Part shown: one piece after another, positions 1 through 15,190 of the stretch
Layout: every line of letters starts with the position of its first letter
How positions within the stretch are numbered: position 1 is the first letter of the stretch
Notes under the pieces: model-generated
What the model saw: only the letters and a program-made list of their open reading frames with translations
Told to the model about the DNA's origin: nothing
Databases searched by the model: none
Source of the DNA: the human T2T-CHM13v2.0 reference genome, Homo sapiens
Reading direction: 5' to 3' (one strand)
NCBI RefSeq assembly: GCF_009914755.1
Contig: NC_060943.1
Length of the DNA stretch: 64,000 nucleotides
Made by a program: the position numbers and the translations under genes

Positions 1-3000
1 AAGAAAAAAGCATTTAGATGAGGAACATTAAGATTCAATATTAACCATTTTTTCCCCTTTGGGCAAAATTATTCATCACTTGATATTTATTAAAGCAGCA
101 TTTTCCTTTTTTTTTTTTTTTTTGCTATTGTGAGATGCATCCTGCTACTGATTTTCCAAACATCCTCAAAGTTATGTGGCAAAGTGAAAAAGACACAGGA
201 ACAGCCAGTAGCCCCTTTGGGGTCACAGGAAAACAATAGACTTGAAAGATACACACTTGTTCTTTTGAAGCCCGAGAGTCATCCTAACCCCTAGGACCTA
301 GTGACAGGGGCAAAGTTGGAGTAATTAATTTAGAAGGGGGCTGACTGGTTTTCCACCTCTCCAATTACACATATTTGATTTGCCTATCCTGTCTGACGTT
401 TTAATTGTTAGTTTATACTGGTTTAATCTGAAATATTTAAGTATATTTGCTTTGATAATCTTAACTAAAAAAAAAACTAAGACAAAGGAATTGTAGATTA
501 GAGACTTTATTTTCAGGGCAAAATGATACGGGTAAGTGAACATCAACTGACCAGAAATTATTTGCTTCTGTCTGTTAGACACGTAATGGAGTCATTTAAC
601 TAGTCAAATTAGGAGCTGCAGAAATGCACCATGCTTCATTACTGAGTTCGAATGGGCACCATTTTACATTTACGTCAAAAATTATCTCATAGCAAATTAA
701 TGTTTTCATTGTGCAGAAAGGCTGAAGCTATGCAGTGTTAGCGGCACCTAGAGGCCATTGCGAAAATACTTCAAAGGGATGATCTGCAAACAAGGACAAA
801 ATGATCAATAGATGAGTGGTGGTGGTGAGAGCCCTGACCCCGTTTGAAAGTAAGAGTAGTCATTGAATCAGATTGGCTCTCTTGGTGACCATATGAAGCT
901 CTGAGGGGCCATGACGGTTTTCCTAAACTTGGCCTAGAACTAAATGTGCTGAAAGAGCCCCAAAGATTTCTCTCCTTTTCTTGTTACTCTTTAAGTCCTG
1001 AAAATATCTGTTTTTGTTTTGTTTTGCTTTGTTTTCACAGTTTGAGTTTGCTTTTTCTTTTACCTATGGGCTTACATTATATCAGAATCTCATATGTTAG
1101 CCGATGAGCATTTCTGTAAATAAGCAAGGAGAGATTTTTTTTCCTCCCACATTGTAAATTGGCATCCTTAGAATCTTTCTTTTGTCATTGGTAAAAACTT
1201 GCTGTCCGTAGAAAGAGGCAACACATGACACTGTTTCATCTTAAAAAATACTGAACTGGGTAAATCCTCCATCCAAACAGATGACCAAGGTTGGTTGTTG
1301 TCCCAAGAATGTCAATCTCTGCTCAATTTAGCGAGAAATCATGTTAAATGAAATGGCAAAGCCCTCACCAATGAAAATATGTGTTAAAATGATCTGCAAG
1401 TCGTCAGTGACGCTGGGACGTTGGAGCATACTGTCAGAGCAGAAGCAAAGGAGAGAATGGAAGCATATAAATAGCATTGAGAACTCGAGAATATTTCAAG
1501 ACAATATTGATGTCTAAAATATATGTGAATGACTGCATAATGATCGAGGCAGACATAATTCAAAGTACAGTCAGAATCTGGCCTCCAACTCAGAGCTTTA
1601 AATTCTCCAAAAGACATCTGTTTGCTGAGAAAGCCTCACCAACAGCTGCGCCACATAAAGGGGAGAACCCGGGATAAGGTTGGGAGTTGGCAGGTAGGGG
1701 AGCCTCAGAGGGGTTAGGTGGGGTCCTGGAGGGCGGGCGCCCACCTTCACTCCACAGGTACCGGAAGCGGGGCTGCTTTGGACAAAGGCGAGGGAGGTGC
1801 CTGTATTTCCTAGAACCAGGTAGCAAATGTTGCCTGTGTGTTTCATCAGAAAGCGCCCCAGTTGGGCACTGTGCCTCTTGGATGCTGACAAGAAGATTTG
1901 ACGTTACTTCTCTGGTCCTTAACTTTGTTTACCCAGCTGCTATTCTTCCCATACTTAACTCTTTCACCGTGCAGAAAGCAAGGGGGAGGGAGGAAGGGAA
2001 GCTCCAGGTGTGATTTTTCAGAACAAAATATAATGCTGTGATTTATTTTTAAAAAAGAGAATAAGCACGAGGAAATTGAATAGCATCCATTTCATGCTTA
2101 ACCGTGGTTCACAAATGATAGTTTGTAATTAAAATTCTGTCTGCAAACCTATTCTGCAGACCCCAAAAGAAAACTTCCTCAGAATGTTATCAACTCTCCA
2201 ATTTCTGTAAAGATGCCATATTTTCAGATTTCAAAGAGAGGATCTCCTTTTGAAAATAAAGAATTGTTGGGTATCGTATGAGCCTGCTAAGTACAGCATT
2301 TTAAACCCACACTGTGTTGAAAAATTCAAGAATTTGGCAGTGACCTTAAGGCCACAGATAGGATAATGAAAAATGAGGCGATGAGGGCAGTGTCTAAAGG
2401 AACTACTCTTTTGTTCTAACAGAAGCTTTGTGTGTGTGTGGCTTAAGCAAGTGGTTCAATAGAATTTCTTTGAAACAGAAACAAAAATGCTAAGAGCTGG
2501 TTACAAGTACTCTGGTCTTCTTTTCTCCTTAAAATGCAGGAAGAATTTTTACCTCTTCTCATGAATCTTGTCTGCTGAAATGTCTCAGTCTTCATGTTAT
2601 GTTTACCAAGGCCAGGCCAGAGGATCTGATAATTTATAACCATTCCTATTGGGTTTTATGTAATAACTTTGGAACTCATATAAAGTAATGATCCACAAAC
2701 TCTTTTAATGTTCATTATAAAATATGAAATATTTCTCAGAACCATTGCAATTATGTGACCAGACATAACTGTTTCACACATGAGTAAATACAGGGAGGTT
2801 TAACATAACTTTATTATCTTGCTGTCTTTTCTTCTCATTGATGTGATAATACTGTTTTAATATTTTTCTAAAGAAAAGTTAAGTAATTTTAGAATCTCTA
2901 CTGAGGCCCGCTTTATTGGCTTTTGTAATAGAACTCTCAAATCTAATTGTATTTATGCTCAGACTGACACCACTAAATGTCGTGAATGGAAGGGAAATGC

Positions 3001-3704
3001 CCCCCAAAGCTGTGTATTCTGTAATTATCGATAGATGTGTCTCTGCTGACGAGGCCTGGGGATCTGGGGAGAGTCACGCAAGTAAAGCTGAGATGGCAGC
3101 AGGCATTTCCACCGTCATCCTGAGGCCCCCATGGATGCAGAGAGGTGCTTTTCTAAGGAGTGAATGAGCCCCGTCATTCTGTAGGACTCACCAGGAAACT
3201 TTTCCCCCTTTACTGTGTGTGCTGTGTCTGCCTCTCCTGGGTCTGGAGTCAGTAGCATGCAACTTCTAGTTTCGTAGAAGGCTGATCTCCGAAGGGAATT
3301 TTCCTGGGCTTCCTGTCCTAGTGATCTGAGCTGAGTGGCATTGTTCCGGTTGCTTGACCTTCACCTGGGGCGTGGGCTTGGGGTCATCCCTGGTGGCTGT
3401 AAAGTCTCCTGCAGCGATGGAAGCCAGAGAGGGATTATTCTGGAAACCCACTTCTTACTCCCCGTGTGGGCAGTGGAAGCTGTAACACCAAGGCGGGGAA
3501 CCCAGTGACAGTGCTGCATCCACTCTCGATGCCCCGTCAGAATCCAGGATCCTCCCAGGACCGAATGGCGGCTATTTCTAGCCTAGTAAGGTTGGGTGGA
3601 AAAGATTAAACATGAGGGAAGGTGCCGTTATCTGGGCATTTCCAAGTCCTGGAGAGGAGAGAGGGTTTCACCATGCTTGACTCTTTTATCTTACTTGTTT
3701 TTAG

Positions 3705-3855
3705 ACAAGTGTTTCTCAAAGTCTCATGTGCAACCAGATCCCCATGGATCTTGCTATGATGCAGATTTTGACTCAGTAGTTCTGGGGAGGACCCTCTATC
3801 CTGCCCTTCAGCTCCAGGGTCATGGCTGTGCTGCTGATCCAGAGACCACACATTA
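3705..3855. mobile_element. MER5-like hAT-Charlie DNA transposon relic
   Basis: aagtgtttctcaaagt...atgcagattttgactcagtagttctgggg...gctgctgatccagagaccacac resembles the MER5A/B consensus. Confidence 0.6.
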
Positions 3856-4147
3856 GATCTGGGTGTAGCATCTGTCTTCTCACTGCACATCTGCTTTCGG
3901 GGAGACAAGCAGACACAGGGCATGGAAGGTTAGGTGGGGCCCTCTGAGAGGCCTATGAGTGCAATGAAACTTGAAGAGTGGCCTGATGGCTGGAGCCAGC
4001 TCACAGTTGGGTTTTGTTTGACTTGTCCGATATTACACTTTTGCTTTCAATTGGTTGCACACAGTTTAAAAATGAAAGATTTTTTAAATTTACAAATCCA
4101 GGCTTTCAGGTTCTCTTGAAAAACTAGAATGTCTGGGACAAGAGATA

Positions 4148-4293
4148 GAAGAGAGGTGGGATCCGCTCCCTTAGGAGCAGAGGATGGAAGAGAGGTGGGA
4201 GCCACTCCCTTAGGAGCAGGGGACGGAAGAGAGGTGGGAGCCGCTCCCTTAGGAGCAGGTGATGGAAGAGAGGTGGGAGTCACTTCCTTAGGG
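4148..4293. repeat. Minisatellite, 39-bp unit, ~3.8 copies
   Basis: gaagagaggtgggagccgctcccttaggagcaggggatg units start at 4148, 4187, 4226 and 4265. Confidence 0.95.
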
Positions 4294-4934
4294 AGGTGTG
4301 GCTCTTCCCTTCTCCGCCAAGGGGTCCCGCCCAGCCTGCCTTGCTCATAACACAAGAGTTTGCAGACAGGGAAGTTAGACCCCAGGAAAAGAGGGTCACT
4401 TCCCTGGCACACACAGGGCATGTGCAATGGTGGAGGCTGCGTGCCCCCCTGCTGCTGGCTCTTGTCTGGAGTTTGCTGGAATGGAGAACTCTTGCCCCAT
4501 CAGAACCCAGGACTCACCTGCGTGCTTTAGCTCTGCCTTCTGGCAAGTGCCATCTTCCTCTTTGAGGAGCTGTTCCTTAGCTCTCTAGTTCTCACAAGCA
4601 AGCCACTAGAGAGGGTGCAATTCCCAGCTAATTAAAGGTCTTGAGATCCTCCCCTCCCTGTCGCCGACGCTCCTTTGAAACAAGCGGGCTGCATAAGAAG
4701 TCTCCCTGGCTGCTACCTGGCAGCAGGTGTGAGCCAAGGGCTGGTGCCCAGGCTGCGTGGGGCCCAGTGGGGAGGGAGCCTGACCTTCACCTAGGTACAT
4801 CCAACAGGTGTGACCGCCCGGCATAGTAATCACCCAGTTCCTAGGTGGGCAGTATTGGGGATCATCACAAAATCTGGAATGTTCATTAGTGCATGAAATC
4901 ATCTGATCATCTTCCCACTTGGCCCTCTTCACTC

Positions 4935-4980
4935 CTCACCACCCCCCTTATTCACCCCTCACCACCCCCCTTATTCACCC
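4935..4980. repeat. Short tandem duplication (~24 bp x2)
   Basis: ctcaccacccccc(c)ttattcaccc repeated twice. Confidence 0.8.
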
Positions 4981-6298
4981 CATCCCCAGTCTCTCCTGGA
5001 AACTGGTGGGTTGCATTGGAGTCAGATGTGGCAAAACACAGCCTAAGTCAACATTCGTGGTTCCTAAAGCGAAAGAACTGTGGAATGCTTGTATTCAAAG
5101 ATTTCTCCATGACTGCACCTGGTTGAGTGATGAAATAAAGGTGAAACCAAAAAGACCTTTCTGCTTCCCTGGGCGGTGGCTATCTAGGTCTTTAGTTCTT
5201 TTAACCGGGCGATTGTTGCTGTAATGGGTCTCAGTGCTACTGGGGCACTGACTGAGGCTTGTTTTTTTTCTCCATGAAGACCAGGAACCCAGTGCCCTGG
5301 AAGGCTGGTGGCTTAGGTAAATTTGAGGGCTGGGCTTGAGCCAGGCTCTGCTGAGCTCTACACTTCAGCTGTGTCTGCCACCCACCCCCCACACACCCCC
5401 CCATGCTGGGCAAAGCCACCGTGCTTACAGCGTTGACTTTCTTTATCCCCAAGCAGCATTCAGGGCTAACTTTTCAGAAATTTTTATTTCTGAATGCTGG
5501 TTAAAGGCAGGATCTTCTGCTGCCAAATTTCTCAAGCTGTCACCTGCACAGTGAACAAGTGAGGAGTGGCCTGAGGCACCTGGCTGTGCTCCTACAACGA
5601 AGCACTCTGTTCTTAGGGACTTTAGTACTGGGTACATCTAGGGAGTTAGGAGGACTCACAGGACACTCAGATTGACAGCTCTCAGCATTTGGCTGCTGGT
5701 TAAATAAATCTCACATGAGTTAAAATTTCTACATGTTCTCCCATTTACAAGACAGAGTAAAATCAGCACTTAATGGGTCTTGTAGAGTATTGCAATGACA
5801 GACTGCATAGGGGTAGCCGGGTGACTGCAAGAGCTTCCTGCTCTCTTCATCATCTTCTCAGAGAGCTTTGCTCATTTCTGTTTTTGAATGTGAATAAAAG
5901 AATCTATTACATATTACATTCAGAGAAAATGGTACGTGGTACCCAATTGTGGCCACATGCAAGGGGAATGCCATACTGAGAACCCAGCATGCTGATTGGT
6001 ATAGGGAGCTGGAAGTCATTGAATGGGGAAGGGCTGGAAGAAACTGAGGGTGAACTCAGCCCTCACTTCAAAGGAGTTTGCCGTCAACTCAGAGAAATGG
6101 AGCTAAACCATGCAAGCTGCATTGCTACCCAAGACATGGGTGGGAAGGGAATGAGGTTGGGGAATAGGGCAGAATTGAGCTGGGCCTGCAAAGATGGGGA
6201 GGGTTTGGCTAAAACCTAGGATTTTACAGATTTATCCAAGGGAGGAATCTAGCAATGATCTCCTTTTGCTCTTTAGTGTCTTTTCCTCTGGCCGGTTA

Positions 6299-6694
<396 letters not shown>

Positions 6695-8059
6695 CTAGAG
6701 TCCTGGAGACCTTCTCCTTGGTTCCTCTCCAGTGCTGTCCTTGGTGTTACTCAAAGGAACAATTGCCTGGTCTTCTGAATTGGGAACTACTTAGAATATA
6801 ACAGCTGTGCTTTATATGATGAATTTAATTCTTTTCTAATGAATTTTATCAGACTGCTTTTTGGAGCACATACTGGAATATGGCAGTGCCGGACCATTTT
6901 CCATCATAAGAAAATAAATTAACTTAGGATTGTGAAATCACATTAAAACAATATGAAAACTCTGCCATGCTTTTGGTTATCCCCTTGGCTGGAGCACGTT
7001 GCACCATCTCTACCCTGCTGGAAACGCGCTGTCACTCTGTCTCCCTGTGCCCTGTGCAACGATGCTCATGGAACTGTTGGCTGTCAATGTTGTTGTGTGT
7101 ACAACCGGAGCAGTGAGGTTAGTTCCTCTGCAGCACACTCTCCAGAGAGTCAAAGGATGTCATTCCCTTCTCGGCAGGGACGCAATCATACATCTGCTCT
7201 CTGGTCTGTGACACCTCACTGTCTACTTTGGCTGTGTCCCTGGGCAGCAATGCCTGTCATCATTTTATGAGGCACAACAGAAAGCCTGGTTCACTCCTGA
7301 CACTGCGGGACAGGCAAGGCCACCAAGCCAGTGTCATTAGGTGCCCCTGGACTTGGAGGGCCTCATTCTGATGTTTCTGCTCTGCACGGGGTCAGTCTGA
7401 ACCATGGAAATCGCAGGGGAGATGCGAGGGCTGGGAGCATGGCCTGATTGGAAATTGAGAACCTGCTTTGAAGGCCTTTCTTTCCTTTAGTTATCTCCTT
7501 CACAAAGCCTCCTCCCGGAGTTAATTCACAGGCACTCATGGCCGGCCCTTTTGCAGGGACACTAGAAAGAATCAGCAGGGTAAATATTTCATCCGAAACC
7601 ACAGAGATGCTGGCATTGCTGGTGTGAAAAGTGTAGAAAGAATACACTCAAACTATGTCCCTGCGTTTTCCCAGTGGTATGTCTTGACCACATGTAGCCA
7701 GCTGGACCCTCCAATCCAGGAGCACCTTAGAAAGTCAGATGCATCTAACAGACTGGGGGAGAGCTCTGGAGAGGGTGCTATGTGGGTTTAAGCTGGAACG
7801 TGATGTCCTGTAAGTCACCAAAACTGCCTCAGCTTTAGTATTCTCTGTGTAATGACTATGAAAATAGAATCTACCTCAAATAGTTAATCACTCTACAGAC
7901 TTGGAGAGTCCACAGGCAACGAGGCTTCAGGGAGATCACTGAGAAAGCAGCAATGTCCAAGAGGCGGCCGCCAGCAGACCCTGTGCTAAAGCCACCTCTC
8001 CTGTGGCAGCTAGGAGACCAGACTCTCTCGGTATTCCTGCCACTGCTCCGACAACGTCT

Positions 8060-9420
<1,361 letters not shown>

Positions 9421-9661
9421 ACATAAGAAAATATACAGAGACATAAACTTGCTAACATTTGGCCTAGTTGTTAGGTACATAAGTAAACATTCATTTTTAC
9501 TCCTGTTTAAAATAGGTTTCTTGTATCTGGGCAGTTTGTCAGCTCTCAGGTGGGTCCATTAGGGATGTTGAAGTTTTGCTGTCAGGAAATCTGATTTTAC
9601 CGTTTGGGTGGGGATTTCTCAGAGATTCTTGAACTCTTTGGCAAAGCTGGTGGTGATGCAG

Positions 9662-10409
9662 TGTATTAGTCCATTCTTGCACTGCTATAAAGGAATACCT
9701 GAGACTGGGTAATTTATAAAGAAAAGAGGTTTATTTGGCTCACAGTTCTGCAGACTGTACAGGAAGCATGGCTGGGGAGGCCTCAAGAAACTTAGTCATG
9801 GTGGAAGGTGAAGGGGAAGCAGGCACATGCTTCTTACATGGCCAGGGCAGGAGGAAAGGAGGGAGGTGGGAGGTGCCACACACATTTAAACAACCAGATC
9901 TCGTGAGCACTCACTCTTGTCATGACAAGACCAAGGAAGATGGTGTTAAACCACTAGAAACCACCCCCATGATCCAATCACTCCCACCAGGTCCCACCTC
10001 CATCACTGGGGATTACAATTTGTATTAGTCTGTTTTCAAGCTACAGATAAAGACATACCCAAGACTGGGTAATTTATAAAGAAAAAGAGGTTTAAAGGAC
10101 TCACAGTTCCACATGGCTGGGGAGGCCTCACAAACATGGTGGAAGGTGGAAAGCACGTCTGCATGGCAGCAGGCAAGAGTAGAAGTGCCAGCAGGGGAAA
10201 TGCCAGAAGCTTATAAAACCATCAGATCTTGTGAGAACTCACTCACTATAAAGAGAACAGTATGGGGGAAACAGCCCCCATGATACAATTATCTCCACCT
10301 GGCTCCACCAGATTATTACAATTTGAGGTGAAATTTGGGTGGGGACACAGCCAAACCATGTCACTATTTGACATGAGATTTGGGTGGGGACACAGATCCA
10401 ACCATATCA
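9662..10409 (-). mobile_element. MST-type MaLR solo LTR, split by a second LTR
   Basis: tgtattagtccattcttgcactgctataaagg...gattacaatt (9662-10020) resumes as tgacatgagatttgggtggggacacagatccaaccatatca (10369-10409). Confidence 0.9.
10021..10363 (-). mobile_element. THE1-type MaLR solo LTR nested in the MST LTR
   Basis: tgtattagtctgttttca...gataaagacatacccaagactggg...ggggacacagccaaaccatgtca; 5-bp TSD caatt/ctatt. Confidence 0.9.
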
Positions 10410-10503
10410 TGTGTGCAAAGTATGGCCTATAGAGTGAGCACTTGGACTCACCTTTCTGCAGAGTCTGATTATGTTCAGTCTTTGCTCCTACCCTGTTTGA
10501 CAC

Positions 10504-10507
<4 letters not shown>

Positions 10508-10536
<29 letters not shown>
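10508..10536. repeat. (TG)n microsatellite
   Basis: Directly visible. Confidence 0.95.
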
Positions 10537-10540
<4 letters not shown>

Positions 10541-12089
10541 TATGTGTTTATCCTCTTCAATAGATATCAATGATTTCATAAAGCCCCATCTATACCTCCT
10601 TTGAAAAAGCCACAGATAACTTGTCTAAGGGATTTGTTCACAAATGATAGTGACAGGCTGGTCACTTTGCCTATTCGTGGAGAAACAGTTGTTGTTTTCT
10701 TGTCTCTGGAGACCTGCAGATCTGGTTATTTTTGAAGATAAACCAGGCAGAAGGAAGGAAAACCCACATGATGGTAATCCTTCAACAGCCATGGCAGTGT
10801 GCAGTTTCAGCACCCAGGCTCTCTTTACAAAAACGACTGAGTGTCAGAGCACACACCTTTCCGAGAGACGTTGTTTGACTATTTCACCTAAGAGCTGTCA
10901 CAAAGAAGCCATCTCTGATGTTGGGAAATGCTGTTGACACCCCTGGTTCTACATGGATCCCTCTCCACCCTGTCATCTCTTTGGCAGCGTGGAAATAAAA
11001 ATATATGTATCATTTCATTTCCGGGGACTCTGCTGTTAAAATATATAAATGAAAGAAATTGACTTCAGGCCCCAAAATAAATATATAACACAGTAAGAAC
11101 TGATAAACTAATAAATATCTATCACCGTTATATTTCATGATTTCCCAAAGATATCTGAAGAGCACTTAATTGTTACTGAGTAATCAATTATTCAATTAAC
11201 CTTCTTCTCATTGAATATATATTTGATACAACTTTTTGAAGCTTCAGCTTTAAAAGGTTCCTATCGATTGCAAGTTTCAAGGCCATATGGCCTGAGTATT
11301 GGATTTGTGCCGTCATGATTGACAGTAGCGGCTAGTAATCACATGCAACTATTTCAGATGGTGTGAGTTTCAGTGAGGAGGTCACAATGGTGATGTTCAT
11401 TTTATAGATAAATATATTTATGTGCATGTGTGTACATATACATACACAAAATCTCTGCCTCATACATGCTCCGCAGCAGCCTTCTGCATTTACACATGGC
11501 GCCTGTTTCGTTTTGTGCAAACATTGACCAAATACAGGCCCCACTCCAGACGTGAGCCCAGTGTTCCGAAGAGTAACTGCATCATCTCAGAGGCCACCCG
11601 ATGATTCCGTGATCGGAATTTTGGAAGTCTTCTATTTAAACAAGATAAGAGACCAGCAATGCTCTCAAATTCAAAAATTAAATTGCATGAGGCTTGGAGT
11701 TGCAAGTTGAAAAAAAATCATTTCAATTCAAAGGAAATCTTTTCTGCTCTGCTTTGCTCTGGTTTACTTCTCTAGACTCTTCTTAGGCAACCTTGGGTGT
11801 GTAAGAGACTACATTGACTGACTCTCTTAATTTAATCTTTCTTCTGATGACAGATTTTTGGGTGAGTGTGCAGAATTGAATAGTGGTCATGATATCCTTG
11901 TGTGATATAAGTCAGCAGATGCAATGCAATGTTCAAGAACTCTTTGTGGTGTCCTGCAAAGGAAAAGGCTGGTATAATGGATTTGTAACACATCCCTAGA
12001 AATATGTAGTCCTGTGAACACTGTGTTATTAATATAAATAGGTGCAAGCTTTTGGGGGGGCCAAATAAAAAATAAGTATCAAATAGGTA

Positions 12090-12545
12090 TAAAATGTGTG
12101 TTCCCTCTCACCCAGCAATTCTACTTATTGGAAGTTTTTCCAAAGAAAATTATCTGACATGTCGGGGAAAGACTTTCGCATAAGGATATTAATCAACACA
12201 TCCTTTATAATGAGGGGAAACTTAGAAAACAACTGACAAGCCCAAGAATAGGGGTGAAGCTAAATTAGGCACTTCCACATGAAGAAACACCATGTAGCTA
12301 TAAAATTATATTGCAGAGGAATAATTAATGACAGGGAGAAATATTGACCTTACCTATAACATTTAGTGAAAGGCTGTATTTGAAGCATACATTGTATAAA
12401 AACATTAGATAGTTATGGCTGGAAAAAATATTTGGAGTGAATTTACATTCAGAATGGCCAGTGGTTTTTTTCTAGATATGGAGATGGTGGGAGATCATTC
12501 TTTGTTCTTTGTGCTTTTCGTTATTTTCCAAATATTCTATGTGTT
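12090..12545 (+). mobile_element. Ancient L1M (L1ME-like) 3' fragment
   Basis: acccagcaattctactt..., gaaacttagaaaacaact..., caccatgtagctataaaa resemble the degenerate L1 ORF2 end and 3' UTR. Confidence 0.6.
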
Positions 12546-14756
12546 TGAATAACCATCCCCTGACGACCTTGAAATTAACATAACTTAATAGCTCAAAGCT
12601 TAAATTATTTGATGCACCCAACTTTCCCAAAAATAGCACGTGATTGTGGAGTCCCTCCGATGCCATCTCCTGCCCTGTCCTCTCTTAATTCTGCCTCCCG
12701 GCTCCCGGATGGAGACAATGCTGAGCTGTGGGTGCTGGGATGGGCCCCCCAGAAGACGGTCATAATCAAGATATTAGCAAAGACTTTCTGTCCTGAAAAA
12801 TGCCGTAAACAGACTCGGTTTGACCTCCTTAATGCAGGAGCACTTTAGTAATCTGTGCCTAATGATTTTTTACATTAAGTCCCAGCTTGTGTTGGGCCCT
12901 TGTGAGGCACAGTAATTTAAGAACAGTCATTTTGCACATTCCGATCTCATTATGTTACATTGTTACTGAATAAAGACTGGTATTATGTTGCTCCCATAAA
13001 GGGCAGAAGTGGCCTGAATTTTATCTGCTGAACGAATCAATCTGGATTATGTCAGTTGAAAAGAATTGTGGACTGCAGTCTCTCCCGCAGATGGGGGGGG
13101 ATAGTTTTTTGTTTTTTGATTTTTTTTTTAATGTATCTGGTTGTTCTGAATACATGAACTACGATAATACCTGGTGGTGACTGAGTAGTAGTTTTTCTCT
13201 CTTATTTTTCAATGAAGAGTGTACCAATTATCATTTCAACATAACGTATTAGGAGATCAATTGGAAACTGAAAGCCATTTCCCCATGTTAATGCTGTGTT
13301 GTGTTTAAGCTGCCCTGACGGCCGGTCGGGGCTGTGGGAAAAGGCTGAGCAAATAATGAGGAAAGAGCTTAGAAAATAGACAAGGGTGGGGCTTGGCAGG
13401 GGATGTGAACTATTCATCAACAACTCAACGAGGATGATGGAAATAATAAGTCCTCCTTAAAGAAAAAAGGGAAAATTTTTTCTCTTTCTCTCTTTCTTTC
13501 TTTTTCTTTTTCGTTTCTTTTTTTTTTTTTTTTTTTTTTTTAAGAAATAGTTTCCCCTTTGGGGAGGAAGAAAAGCACATTTAACCCTAACTTTGTCCTG
13601 CTTCTCCATGAGCTGATTTCAAACTTCCTGAAATCAGCCAATACTTCCCTTTGAAATGGATAGTGCAGGTTTAAACAGTGGGCATTCTTTAGCAATCAGT
13701 TTAAGAAAACAGTGTCTAATTTCCTGTCCATTCCTGCACATTTCTTAGCACATGGTAGTGTCATTTAATATCTAAGTACAGTAATGCTGTGCTTTAACTT
13801 AAGAAAATGCAGACAAACCCCCTGAGTGAAATAATTTGTGTGATCTTTGAACTGACCATGAATAAAATCAAGCCCTTACTATTTGCCCTTTATTTATACA
13901 GTGGAGAAAACCTTTGAAACCCGAAACTCTGCAGGATATGGTATATGCATACAGTATGTTTCTTAAAATTATATAACTCTGTTGCATTTTATAAGTTTCC
14001 CCAACTTCTCCAGCCGCCATTATACGACGCCTTCCAAATATTTACCTTAGAAATGAATACGATTTTCTAATATTATTGCATTCAGGAGTTGCTAAATTTC
14101 CATTCAGCAGACCTAATTCCACCATCTGTAAAGTTCTAGATTTTATAATACTTATAAGCTGTTTCTAATCTATTTTTACTGCCTTGTTCTGTCCTGAAAT
14201 GTCAAAGAGTGCAGAATAGGTCTTGGAATTAACATGACAGTTAAGAAACTTGGCAAGGTTTTACAGCAGACTGTGACATTAACAAAATACAAAGGAGAAT
14301 GGTGAAATTAACATTAATGTATGCTTGCAGACACTATAAAAATCTATATGTCCATGATCGTGGAATTAAAAAATAGGCATGTTTTTAGGATGATGCTATT
14401 AAAGACAGATCTTTACTATGAAAGGAAATTTCCATATGAAAAGCAACTTACTAAAAGTAATGCCATAATCCCCTCTCTGGAATGAACAACAGGTTTACCG
14501 TCCTAGGTCAAGTAGGCATATGGCTGTCTCTGGCTGCCAATTTTTTTTCTAGGCTTCTTTAATCTGTGATAAAACTGCTTTGAAAGCACTAATAGCATTT
14601 TTTCACAGCTGTGAAGGAGATCATATGATACATGTACCTAGAAGGGGGATCATTTGTTTAGATTCACAGATTGAAAAAATAAATCATTTAAGACTCACTT
14701 TTAATTTCATCATGGGAAGATTTCAAATAGTGCTATCTAGAGGAATTCTTGCTGAG

Positions 14757-14760
<4 letters not shown>

Positions 14761-14805
<45 letters not shown>

Positions 14806-14822
14806 TCCCTCTCTCCCTCTCT
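14761..14822. repeat. (CT)n microsatellite
   Basis: Directly visible. Confidence 0.95.
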
Positions 14823-15029
14823 CAGCAGCTGCTAGAACCAGCCTGTCCTGTCCTAGTTACTCCTTGGTGACTGTAGTTGTGTAAACTGTAATAACCCTGA
14901 CCTTGGGCTGATGGACGCTGATTTAGGAACCTGCAGTCCTGGCATTTGAATCAGGCCAGGCTGCTGGAGGGCGGGGTGGATGGAGCCTGGGACTGGCTCT
15001 GCAGGCTCAGAGCAACAGGCACTGGTCAG

Positions 15030-15190
15030 ATCCCAGACTGAGGCTCCACTCCTGCTGTCTGGGTGATCACAGGCCAGTTGCTTAACTTCTCTGAATCTCA
15101 CCGGAAAATAGAGGAATCAAAAATACCCACCTACATAGGTGGGATCTGTGAAAGGCATGTATGTCTACAAAGTCCCTGGCACGTAGTACC
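15030..15190 (+). mobile_element. MIR fragment
   Basis: gtgatcacaggccagttgcttaacttctctgaatctca ... cctggcacgtagta. Confidence 0.6.

Noticed and set aside
4047-4427. Repeat-protein ORFs and CRISPR-like regular repeats
   Set aside because: Head-to-tail 39-bp minisatellite with no unique spacers and no cas genes; eukaryotic DNA.
10806-10822. REST/NRSE-like TTCAGCACC
   Set aside because: Only the left half-site; the GGACAG half is absent.
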